Assembly (NCBI RefSeq): GCF_001194135.2
Contig: NC_068986.1
Span: forward strand, 89,211,945 to 89,275,944
DNA: 64,000 nucleotides
Reading direction: 5' to 3'
Origin: Octopus bimaculoides
Lineage: Eukaryota
Made by a program: the position numbers and the translations under genes. The notes under the pieces were generated by a model. The model was not told the origin of the DNA, searched no databases, and saw nothing but the letters and a program-made list of their open reading frames with translations. Shown here one piece after another: positions 55,687 to 64,000 of the stretch (position 1 is its first letter; each line of letters begins with the position of its first letter).

Positions 55687-58243
55687 TCAAAAATACCTTA
55701 GGAATGAGAACCCAGGTTCGAAATTTTCCCAAGACATCTGATGAAGGCTGGAGGGTATATCAGCCGAGACGTTGTGTTAACAACAAACAAGGTGAAGTCA
55801 AATATCTGCCATATGTAAATAATGTACATAATTCTTCATCTCTTAAATATAGAACTGGAAGTTACTGCAAATTTACACATATTTTTTACCAGTTTTTCCA
55901 TATATATATATATACATACATCTTGCAGACGACTCATCGAATTCGAAAAGTGTGCTGAAAGCGATAACGACAAGCATTGCAAAATTTATCTTCGCTTACT
56001 CTATACTATGAATTGTGGAGGTAAGAATGACTTATACAGAATGAATGTAAAGCATTCATTAAAATATTAAATCTAACTGTAACATTATTAATACGTCTTT
56101 CAGCAGCCATAATCAGTGTGATATTACAAATTTGAAACATCACAGCCACAAGAAAAATATATGCAACCTACCTTATTAAACGCTTTTCCAGACTAGGGTA
56201 CTCTCTACTACACACAAGACAAATAACTCAACCTGATACACGCAAATACCTTAGACTGTATCTTTTTCTCTACATTTCTGAATGGCACCATAACTCAGAA
56301 TTATGAATATAGAAGTCCCCCTCATGATGGCACTAGGTGTGATAGATCGATGATTCGGAAAACTAGATTACAGAGAGTAATGTGATTATTATACATTTTT
56401 CTTTAAATCTAAATCAAGTATCCCCATCGTTTCCTATACGCAAATTTACAATATTACATAGCGAAAATATTTTTGTCACCGTCAAGCAACGTATTTATGT
56501 TGGCACTCTGAGGCTTACGACGTCGGGGGTTCCAGTTGATCCGATCAACGGAACAGCTTGCTCGTGAAATTAACGTGCAAGTGGTTGAGCATTCCACAGA
56601 CACGTGTACCCTTAACGTAGTTCTCGGGGATATTCAGCGTGACACAGTGTGACAAGGCTGACCTTTTGAATTACAGGCACAACAGAAACTGGAAGTAAGA
56701 GCGAGAGAAAGTTTTGGTGGAAGAGTACCACAGGGTTCGCCACCATCCCCTGCCGGAGCCTCGTGGAGCTTTAGGTGTTTTCGCTCAATAAACACTCACA
56801 ACGCCCGATCTGGGAATCGAAATCGCGATCCTATGACCGCGAGTCCGCTGCCCTAACCACTGGGCCATTGCGCCTCCACCAAGCAACGTAATATACATTA
56901 CAAATGATAACGTGGATTGTGAACAAGGTAAAAAGTTTTAAATTATGGTGTGTACAGTATAACACTTTCTTAGTATGCCAAACGTATTTTTTTAGATTTA
57001 AAGAAAAAATGTTAAAATGTTTTGCAGTGGAAAAAATTTGCTTACGTGCGATTGAATCAAAATGTGAACATGCTGAAAAAGAGTATCCCATAAGTAACCC
57101 AGATTTGAATTACTGCAAGTACATATATTTTCTTACATATCTGACTATTATTATTACATCTAATATTTACATATTTGTATATTTGATTGTACAGTTGCAC
57201 CATAAATTATTAATTAGAAATGTTTGTTATATTGGTACAAGCCTAGAAATGCGTACTCGAAGTGTATTTGATTCAACAGAAAATAATAATTGACTCCTGC
57301 AAATTACACCGATCTAAACACGATGCATATCGACGACATTATGACTTGTACTGACTATTGGCAGATTACCGAATATATACGTAATTCCAAGGAGGGACAC
57401 AAGTCAAAAGATACACATTTTGGACAATGGTTCTTGAACAATTCAAGAGCAATTTCCCAAGTGAAATGCGCCAGCACCTTTTAAAATTTAATCTGCATTT
57501 CCAAATTTAGAAATCAGTTTATAATACACATACAATTCCCCTCTCAAAAAGGAATTACATTGCTGTCCCGAAAATATAAAAATTAAACACAGTGACAACT
57601 AGATTTTAGCATGTAGAAAAGATATTGTTACTAGATATTTTAACCGTAGCGAAATTTAAGCTGAGTACTTCGATAATCAAAAATATTGATGAAATTATTA
57701 AAAGCTAGCAGGACATATTGAAAACAATATGAAATTTCAAACGAGCAAGAAATTTCAAAAACCTCTTTTCAAATCCTGACATTTCATTAAAACTGTAATT
57801 TCAGATATATTCAAAATGAACATGTAAGCATAGGTGTGGCTATATGTATGAAGTTTGCTTCCCAACCGGGTTCAGTCTAATATACCTTCGAGCAAACCAA
57901 GGACTTGTTAGTGGATTTGATTGGCAAAAACTGAAAGAACTCCGTCGTATATAGATATATATATATATGTGTGTGGGGGGGGGGTGAGTCTGTGTCCCCT
58001 TCCACCGCTTGACAACCGATGTTAGTGCGNNNNNNNNNNNNNNNNNNNNNNNNNNNNNNNNNNNNNNNNNNNNNNNNNNNNNNNNNNNNNNNNNNNNNNN
58101 NNNNNNNNNNNNNNNNNNNNNNNNNNNNNNNNNNNNNNNNNNNNNNNNNNNNNNNNNNNNNNNNNNNNNNNNNNNNNNNNNNNNNNNNNNNNNNNNNNNN
58201 NNNNNNNNNNNNNNNNNNNNNNNNNNNNNNNNNNNNNNNNNNN

Positions 58244-58275
<32 letters not shown>

Positions 58276-58810
58276 GCTTTCGGGTCGAATGTTTTTTTTA
58301 TACGGTGCTGTATTTTACAATCCTGTAAATACTAATAATGGTATTTTTTATATAAGCTTAAAGCTTATAGCGATCACCGTGCAATGACTAACGAAATAGT
58401 TTGATAAGAGGGCGTATAAGACCTCGACAGAAAAAAGCAGGCTTTCCTATCCGCGTTGGAGTCGAAACTACATCCCTTTGTTAACGCGACTAAGTGTGTT
58501 ACCTTTACACCAGTGAATCGTGTAACGGTAACACACTTAGTCGCGTTAACGAAGGGATGTAGGTTCGACTGCCACGCGGATAGGAAAGCCTTCTTCTTTC
58601 CGTCGAGGGCTTATATACCTCGTTATTAGAGTATTTTCCTTAGCCATTTCAGATATGTATATTTCTTATAATTTAGAACTAACAGTAAAAAGTTGTGATT
58701 ATAGTACTCGGAGTACTATAATGACAGCTTTAACTGTTTGGTCTAAATTCTAACATATATAAATAATCATCTATTTGGCTAATTTCGAGGTCTCATTGTT
58801 TTGTAGTTAC

Positions 58811-58882
<72 letters not shown>

Positions 58883-60359
58883 TTAAATGAAGTAGCCAGT
58901 AGTACAGTCTGAGTGGGAATATATGGTTAAGTTTATGGAGCTCTCTGATAATCTCTCTTTGAGTCTCCTATCCCATCATGCCATAAATAGTTTAGTCACA
59001 TCGCCAGAGAAACTGACATCGGTGGCTGCGCTTTTCTCTTGGGCGTAACCTTGGTATTAAACTTGAATATCTGGACCTTGAATGTGACTCTGGTACTCGC
59101 ACCCACTGCACGTACGACCATCTTTGTAACCTGATCGTTGATATAAGCCTAAGATGAAGGTATAGGCATTGGTACCAGTGTCACTGGTGATGTGTTGTGA
59201 CTAAGCTCGTCAGTGCTCTTCAGTGCTCTACCAACATGCTCAAGTAGAAGATAGAGGCTCGATTAATAATATAGAGGTAAAGTTATTATACACGCATAGA
59301 ACAGACACGATATTTATACAGATTACAAAGATTGCACACAGTAATAAACAGACGAAGCGTCAACAAAAGACACGAATGGAACAATATCACCCATCCACTA
59401 CAACACCACGCAACACGACGACTAAAGACAGAAGGATGAGAAAAACTGTTACAAACATTCCAGAACAAACAAAAGACAACCATGCACATACTTATGATGA
59501 AATATACGAAATAGAGATAAATAGATAAACAAAAGAAACTATACGAAAAGGCACGGGTACAAACAATAGAGTAAGCAAACCAAAATATATGCACACAAAC
59601 ATATGCAGTAACTTCACAAACTGCCGCAACAGCATGAACATCAACAACAACAACTGCCCCAATGGTAACGACATGAACAAACACGCAAACATAGAATGCT
59701 ACAAAGCAATATCAAAATAAGGGCCAAGAACAGATTTACTAGATTGCTGATATTTAGCAATGGTTTTTCCCATTGTGTTGATTTGTCATTTTCTATGATC
59801 AATAAAACTATCGGAACTTTTGACGACACAGATATGTTGATATATAGAAAAAACTGTCCAACTACCATCACGGCTCAGTCAACCATTTAAGATTATTTTC
59901 ATTTCATTTCATTTCATTTGAGTTCAGTCCAGGTACATATCTACCTGTGTATCTATAAATATATCTCTCTATTTGCATATTGGTATATCTATATACTCAA
60001 CTATGTACCAATCTATCTAGCTAGGCAATCATATCTACACTCACTTCTGTATATCTCCTCTCATAATACCGATAAGTATTTGAACTAAACAAAATATGAA
60101 TAATGATGCCACGGCATAGTTATAGCCGTTGATTTGGAACGTTAAAAGATAAAAGCGTAATATCTACAGTTATTTGCTAACACGGTTATTTCGCTTTAAT
60201 TCAACTATCTATCGATAATTATTTTATCGTATTAATTCATAAAACTTCATGATATTGTCTCACTATGTTAAACATTTCGACTGCAGTTGTGATTAGATCA
60301 CGCAAAAGCAGAATAATAGCGGTCTTCTCCTCCTCCTCTTTATCTCTGTATATATGTGT

Positions 60360-60395
<36 letters not shown>

Positions 60396-61593
60396 AAACG
60401 CGTGCGTGCATACACACATATACACGCGCACGCGCACACACACACACATACNNNNNNNNNNNNNNNNNNNNNNNNNNNNNNNNNNNNNNNNNNNNNNNNN
60501 NNNNNNNNNNNNNNNNNNNNNNNNNNNNNNNNNNNNNNNNNNNNNNNNNNNNNNNNNNNNNNNNNNNNNNNNNNNNNNNNNNNNNNNNNNNNNNNNNNNN
60601 NNNNNNNNNNNNNNNNNNNNNNNNNNNNNNNNNNNNNNNNNNNNNNNNNNNNNNNNNNNNNNNNNNNNNNNNNNNNNNNNNNACGTTCTGAGTTCAAATT
60701 CCGCCGAGGTCGACTTTGCCTTTCATCCTTTCGGGGTCGATTAAATAAGTACCAGTTACGCACTGGGGTCGATATAATCGACTTAATCCGTTTGTCTGTC
60801 CTTGTTTGTCCCCTCTGTGTGTAGCTCCTTGTGGGCAGTAAAGAAATAAGATACGTTAGCACGCCGGGCGAAATGCTTAGTGGTATTTCGTCTGTTTTTA
60901 CGTTCTGAGTTCAAATTCCGCCGAGGTCCATTTTGCCTTTCATCCTTTCGGGATCGATAAATTAAGTACCAGTTGTGTACTGGGGTTGATCTAATCCACT
61001 GGCCCCCTCCCCAAAAATTTTGGGCCCTGTGCCTAGAATAGAAAAGAATATTTATTGACCGAAATGGTAAATTAAGATAGCAATTAGAAAACACGTTACT
61101 TTTGCCAAGTAAGGTCATAACTATGAACTTTATATTAATGGTACGGACAGTTTTTCCTTAGTCCTCCATGTACGCAAGCTTTTGTTATTATCATCCATTT
61201 GAATTACAAACTACAAAATACACATTACATCAGATAAGTTGGAATGGACATTATAATGATCATAATTTTTTTCTTTTAAATCTAACTGAAGTACGTCCAT
61301 CAAGTGCCACACACAAAATCGCAGCAATTCAGGCAGAAAGCAACTTCGTCACCATAAAGTCACGTAATATAGATTAAAAATCTAATACTGATTAAGACCA
61401 GAATTAAATTATTTAATTTATGTTGTGTCTTCTAGTATTTCCTCATTGTATCAAGTTTATTTTTGATAACCAAAGAATCTGTCCAATTTTTACGTGTCGT
61501 AGATGATGACAAATGTATAGACGAGTTCCAAAGAATTTGTCGCTCAGGGGAAGACATGTATGCTATGCGGATTCCAGATACAAATTTCTGCCC
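28339..61593 (+). CDS. Gene 2: putative secreted six-cysteine-repeat protein (signal-peptide exon plus at least 12 repeat exons; continues past window)
   Basis: Splicing gives an open frame: MKDCISICLLIAGLATANDCIEQYNARCPSIIGLNPIRNPDTGYCN-RLVAYKRCANAGEKCEDYFEQTFQDQCC-GRTETEDCLDRARQTCKHALILHPRSNPDKHFCR-RMRMYALCASAIHNYECKDHFVNLYFGECK-SQLTTRDCMAMYSQSCFEAIRDYPIWQPDFEYCK-RLVVLRKCAEEEKNKLCVGFFDKLAEDSCS-PVDNCTNSLKTTCLQAEKNYPILKPDTNYCD-RLRVYEICAYTKNHTCKHYFSDLFHAMCK-SHEEQRDCMEIYRSTCLKAFSEYPELNPDRNYCR-RLIEFEKCAESDNDKHCKIYLRLLYTMNCG-VEKICLRAIESKCEHAEKEYPISNPDLNYC. The A exon expected between 57118 and 61503 was not found. Confidence 0.85.
29590..30720 (-). mobile_element. Gypsy/Ty3 LTR retrotransposon integrase fragment
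   Basis: RVIAPTALQKQVLQEIHVG...RSYVYWLTMDRDIENCVKSC...PWPRAHIDYAGP...YYLIVVDS and GVPDTLVSD; frameshifted. Confidence 0.85.
30985..32110 (-). mobile_element. R4/NeSL-like (RLE-type) non-LTR retrotransposon fragment
   Basis: YKYLGVDE (RT), WTLDEIRAIDVKTWKILT, and the zinc-knuckle remnant CRLCG...LSSCP...RHD. Confidence 0.75.
33809..33908 (+). CDS. Gene 2 B-type exon (100 nt)
   Basis: tttctag|GA CTT ... TGC AA|gtatat; (G)LATANDCIEQYNARCPSIIGLNPIRNPDTGYC(N). Confidence 0.85.
34432..34517 (+). CDS. Gene 2 A-type exon (86 nt)
   Basis: atttcag|T CGT ... TGT G|gtaaga; RLVAYKRCANAGEKCEDYFEQTFQDQCC. Confidence 0.87.
35880..36400 (-). mobile_element. RTE-clade LINE RT fragment
   Basis: Minus strand RQGNTISPKHFTAGVDMVMKDIDW resembles the RTE motif RQGD.ISPKLF. 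Confidence 0.6.
36602..37887 (+). mobile_element. Full-length (1286 bp) mariner transposon with inactivated D,D34D transposase
   Basis: TIRs tcaggccatcccataagtgctgtccga / tcggacagaacttatgggatgacctga with TA on both flanks. Motifs WVPHEL, VTGDEKWIFY, QDNA, YFPDLAPSDYHLF; in-frame stops. Confidence 0.95.
38696..38795 (+). CDS. Gene 2 B-type exon (100 nt)
   Basis: tttctag|GA CGT ... TGC AG|gtaggt; (G)RTETEDCLDRARQTCKHALILHPRSNPDKHFC(R). Confidence 0.87.
39213..39592 (+). mobile_element. tRNA-headed SINE with 16-bp TSD
   Basis: ggaggtgcaatggcccagtggttagggcagctgactcgcggtcgtaggatcgcagtttcgattccc. TATTTGTTATTTAAGT is at 39197-39212 and 39593-39608. Confidence 0.88.
41647..41738 (+). CDS. Gene 2 A-type exon (92 nt)
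   Basis: cttccag|A CGC ... AAA T|gtaaga; RMRMYALCASAIHNYECKDHFVNLYFGECK. Confidence 0.88.
43201..43300 (+). CDS. Gene 2 B-type exon (100 nt)
   Basis: tttatag|CT CAG ... TGC AA|gtacgt; (S)QLTTRDCMAMYSQSCFEAIRDYPIWQPDFEYC(K). Confidence 0.88.
43625..43835 (-). mobile_element. SINE 3' portion (third family)
   Basis: cttgtttcagtcatttgactgtggccatcctggagcaccgc...; related pieces at ~47340-47400 and ~48920-49120 on the opposite strand. Confidence 0.6.
43928..44758. other. Assembly gap (N run)
   Basis: N bases flanked by (TA)n. Confidence 0.99.
44773..45120 (+). mobile_element. CR1/L2-like LINE ORF2 C-terminal fragment
   Basis: LKVLGLYSLERRRERYVIIYIWKILEGLVPN...LGFRGPQLFNAL...FKTKLDAFLSTIPDE. Confidence 0.75.
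45851..46062 (-). mobile_element. tRNA-headed short element with (AAT)n spacer and hammerhead-like tail, truncated
   Basis: Minus strand: tagcgtagtggttaagagcgcgggc...gagttcgattcc (A/B boxes), (AAT)n, then CTGATGA-A-GGCTG gagggtatat CAGCC-GAAA, cut off by (TA)n. Confidence 0.7.
47826..47917 (+). CDS. Gene 2 A-type exon (92 nt)
   Basis: cttccag|A CGC ... TCT C|gtaaga; RLVVLRKCAEEEKNKLCVGFFDKLAEDSCS. Confidence 0.88.
50077..50167 (+). CDS. Gene 2 B-type exon (91 nt)
   Basis: cttgcag|CG GTC ... TGC GA|gtacat; (P)VDNCTNSLKTTCLQAEKNYPILKPDTNYC(D). Confidence 0.87.
51151..51239 (+). CDS. Gene 2 A-type exon (89 nt)
   Basis: atttcag|T CGT ... AAA T|gtatgt; RLRVYEICAYTKNHTCKHYFSDLFHAMCK. Confidence 0.88.
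53502..53601 (+). CDS. Gene 2 B-type exon (100 nt)
   Basis: atttatag|CC CAT ... TGC AG|gtacgt; (S)HEEQRDCMEIYRSTCLKAFSEYPELNPDRNYC(R). Confidence 0.88.
54555..55175 (+). mobile_element. 3' half of a mariner of the same family as 36602-37887
   Basis: GTVDEKWVFY, KKVLLSVWWDCK, QDNA, PDLA.SGYHLFGSLQNHL; ends in TIR tttatgggatggcctga followed by TA. Confidence 0.85.
55430..55860 (+). mobile_element. Penelope-like short element: inverted partial tail, tRNA-like head, (AAT/AAC)n and hammerhead-like tail
   Basis: 55430-55533 is an inverted copy of ~55716-55830. Head tggcgtagtagttaagagcgc...gagttcaattcc at ~55545-55625. Same family as 45851-46062. Confidence 0.7.
55733..55778 (+). ncRNA. Minimal hammerhead-ribozyme-like motif (mutated)
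   Basis: GACAU-CUGAUGA-A-GGCUG gagggtatat CAGCC-GAGAC-GUU-GUGUU. The core GAAAC reads GAGAC in this copy. Confidence 0.5.
55929..56020 (+). CDS. Gene 2 A-type exon (92 nt)
   Basis: cttgcag|A CGA ... GGA G|gtaaga; RLIEFEKCAESDNDKHCKIYLRLLYTMNCG. Confidence 0.88.
56494..56879 (-). mobile_element. tRNA-headed SINE (same family as 39213) with 11-bp TSD
   Basis: The minus strand begins gtggaggcgcaatggcccagtggttagggcagcggactcgcggtc. CAAGCAACGTA is at 56483-56493 and 56880-56890. Confidence 0.88.
57028..57118 (+). CDS. Gene 2 B-type exon (91 nt)
   Basis: tttgcag|TG GAA ... TGC AA|gtacat; (V)EKICLRAIESKCEHAEKEYPISNPDLNYC. Confidence 0.85.
58030..58243. other. Assembly gap (N run)
   Basis: N bases. 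Confidence 0.99.
58403..58628. mobile_element. MITE-like palindrome (~100 bp arms)
   Basis: ggctttcctatccgcg...atccctttgttaacgcgactaagtgtgttacc pairs with ggtaacacacttagtcgcgttaacgaagggat...cgcggataggaaagcc. Confidence 0.8.
58807..58881. repeat. (ATT)n microsatellite
   Basis: Directly visible. Confidence 0.95.
60452..60682. other. Assembly gap (N run)
   Basis: N bases. Confidence 0.99.
60683..61050 (+). mobile_element. Two head-to-tail SINE copies (family of 16339 and 26829)
   Basis: acgttctgagttcaaattccgccgaggtc occurs at 60683 and again at ~60900, with the two tail variants. Confidence 0.75.
61503..61593 (+). CDS. Gene 2 B-type exon (91 nt), last exon seen in window
   Basis: gtcgtag|AT GAT ... 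TGC CC|gtacgt; DDKCIDEFQRICRSGEDMYAMRIPDTNFC(P). Confidence 0.82.
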
Positions 61594-61774
61594 GTACGTA
61601 TATTTTCTTACTGCTTTCTTACAACGTAACTATACAGTGATACATTCAAATGTTTAATCATGGATTAGTGGAGAGTCTTGAGACATTCGCAGTTGATGGT
61701 GGTGCAAAATTTTCTAAATTTTACTTATATTTTACAAAAGTTTAATCTTTTACTTTTTTCAGTTCCAGGGATGT

Positions 61775-62400
61775 TGCCGTGCCCCGGTATGGTGTTGCTA
61801 AACATTCATTAATGCTCCTTTAATAGTTGTCATTTGGTGAATGCGGGAGTTTGATGATGCTGCCCTCATTCGCACTTCTTACCATGAAGTTGGTTCATCT
61901 GGAACTCTTGTTAGCAGGAGATCTAGTTCAGTTTTGGAGTCATTAACATCCACACTGTGTAGATCTCTCATCCCCTTCGCGAGGATATTGAAGGGTTGTG
62001 GTCCCTTAAATCCCAAGCTATTGCAGGATATGGACCTACATTTTGACGGCAAGTGAGGGATTTAGACATTGCAACATGGCGCACTATTTTGATGTTTGTA
62101 TAACTTTCCCTGCAAAGCTTACGACAAGTCCTTCTAGGATCTTCCAGAGATATATCATGACATATTTTTCCAGTCTTCGCTACAATGAGTAAAATCCTAA
62201 CGTTTCCAGTTTTTCCCAGTAGCTAATTTGCTTCATTGAGCCTATCTTTTTACATGTAGCTTCCCAAGACTGCTTCACATTCTGCTATTAAAGGAAATTT
62301 TTGTACTGCCTCATGCAGTTATGGCACAGATTTGGGTGTGTGAAACGGCAGTTTACACAGTCGTCTGCATGCCAGCAAATACCGTGCAGGTAAAACTTAC
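61775..62400 (-). mobile_element. CR1/L2-like LINE C-terminal fragment
   Basis: Minus strand ...LGFKGPQPFNILAKGMRDLHSVDVNDSKTELDLLLTRVPDEP resembles 44980-45110. Confidence 0.65.
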
Positions 62401-64000
62401 ATACCTGTGTGTTCTCCATCTATTTTCCATTTGTATTCTCCAGGTTCTTTCTTGTCTTAATGTTTTCTTTAATTTTTAATTATTGGTACTTTCACGTATG
62501 TACATCCTACCTTATTTCTTTATTTGGTTGTTCTTCTTGGGAGCTGATTTTTGGATCCTTCTTATCTTTTATTTGTACCGTCATCATCTTTTTGTCCCTG
62601 TTTCTTTTTAGCAGCTTTTGATTTCCTTTCCTCTCTTAATTTCATTTTCTTCTTTTTTTTTACCCTTTCATCTCTTTCATTGTGGTTGGGCCACTACTGA
62701 TGGTGTCTCCGCTTGCCGATCTCTCCAGCATGGTTATAACAGAATATGTGATCCTCATATTTTGATGAGTGTTAGTATAATATAAGCGAAAAAAAGATTT
62801 TGTAGCTTAGCGTGTCTAATAGGTTCGAAATGCTTAATACATAATTTGATAAGTTTTTATTTATTTTTTAGTAAGGACACTTTTTGTCTTCGTCATATAT
62901 ACCTGTTGATACCTTCACTGAATATGATTTTATAAAAAGTAAAATAGAATAAATAATATTAACCATTAAAATATAGCATTGTGGGGGCTCTGTGTACGTA
63001 AGGAATCAAAAATATGTTTATATAAAAATTATAAAACCCCAAATTATTTTTGATTATAGTTTCTCGTAACCCGAGAAAGACGGTTCTGAAATTACTTGAT
63101 GCACAGGATGCACAAACGATTTATTTATAGTGATCCAATATTTGAGCTGCACATTAGCTCACTTCTTCCATCAAATAGGCGTTATCTGCTCCATGTAAGG
63201 CATCGAACTGATCGCCATGCAACAGAATATGAAGTATTATTTTGAAGAACACATCCCATCACCCGATTCAGGCATTGAAACCTCGATCTCGTCATTGAGA
63301 GAGCAACATCCTAAGCACTAGATCATGCACCCTAGCTGTTAGGGTATTCTTTCTATTGAAATGTCTTATGCAGTGTTACCAGTAATTTTGTTCAAATCTC
63401 TATCATTTACCAAAATTTGAGGCAAGCGATCAGGGCACAGTCGTATAGATTTTATGCATTGCCATTGAACCTGTAGTTCAATCGAGATCAACGCAGTCCT
63501 TGAGAAAATAATATTTAAATATTAAGTTAATTGAAATTATGAAACGAAAGATTCAGAGGTTCTCATATCAAACACCCAATGTTTAGAATTGAATTACCTA
63601 CATGGTATCGAAGTCGTCATGAATAAATAAATATTATTCAATCCATTGTAGCGGTTGGATAATTCATGATTTTTAGTCACAACAATGATATGTAAAACAA
63701 AGTAAAGATATCGTTTTGACTTATTGTTAATTCTTAAATTTAAAACAATCTTGTCAGAATTTTTTAAACGAAGTAGGCCAAATATTTTTGTTTTAAATTT
63801 CATTTTATTTCCAGAGAGATGTATGTTAAGAATCCCTGTCTTAATTAGTAAATATTCTATATAAAAGTTAGACACAGTGGCAATTTTATCTAAGAAAATA
63901 AACGATGTATCTATAACTGGGTATTTAAAACTGGTACATAATTTGTCAATACTAGTAACGTTTAAAATCAGTACATTAATAATCGAAAATATTTTAAACA

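Noticed and set aside
59735-59870. RLLIFSNGFSHC...YRKNCP as the missing A exon
   Set aside because: Cysteine number and spacing are wrong and there is no donor site after the last Cys.
1-64000. CRISPR arrays, operons or prokaryotic systems
   Set aside because: The sequence is eukaryotic (spliceosomal introns, SINEs, LINEs) and has no regularly spaced repeat-spacer array.

Overview
AT-rich, microsatellite-dense eukaryotic DNA. The SINE families resemble those of octopus, but that assignment is an inference. The ORF track mostly shows artefacts and transposon debris. Reading splice sites directly reveals two tandem, intron-rich paralogous genes on the + strand whose exons are too short (37-100 nt) for the ORF track to resolve. 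Both encode chains of a ~60-65 aa six-cysteine repeat, C-x7-C-x15/16-C-x8-C-x6/8-C-x11-C, with conserved YP..PD..YC-x-RL..Y..CA...C...F motifs. Each repeat is split over a 'B' exon (phase 1 to 2) and an 'A' exon (phase 2 to 1). Gene 1 enters from the left edge with 7 intact exons (1227-16848) and then decays. Gene 2 begins with a TATA box and a signal-peptide exon at 28339 and has 12 further repeat exons to 61593, apparently running off the right edge. I do not recognise the family. Between the genes are two decayed copies of the first-exon region. Introns hold a ~5.6 kb Helitron, a second deleted Helitron, three mariners, Gypsy, R4-like, RTE and CR1/L2-like fragments, tRNA-derived SINEs, hammerhead-like motifs in Penelope-type repeats, several fold-back palindromes and three assembly gaps.
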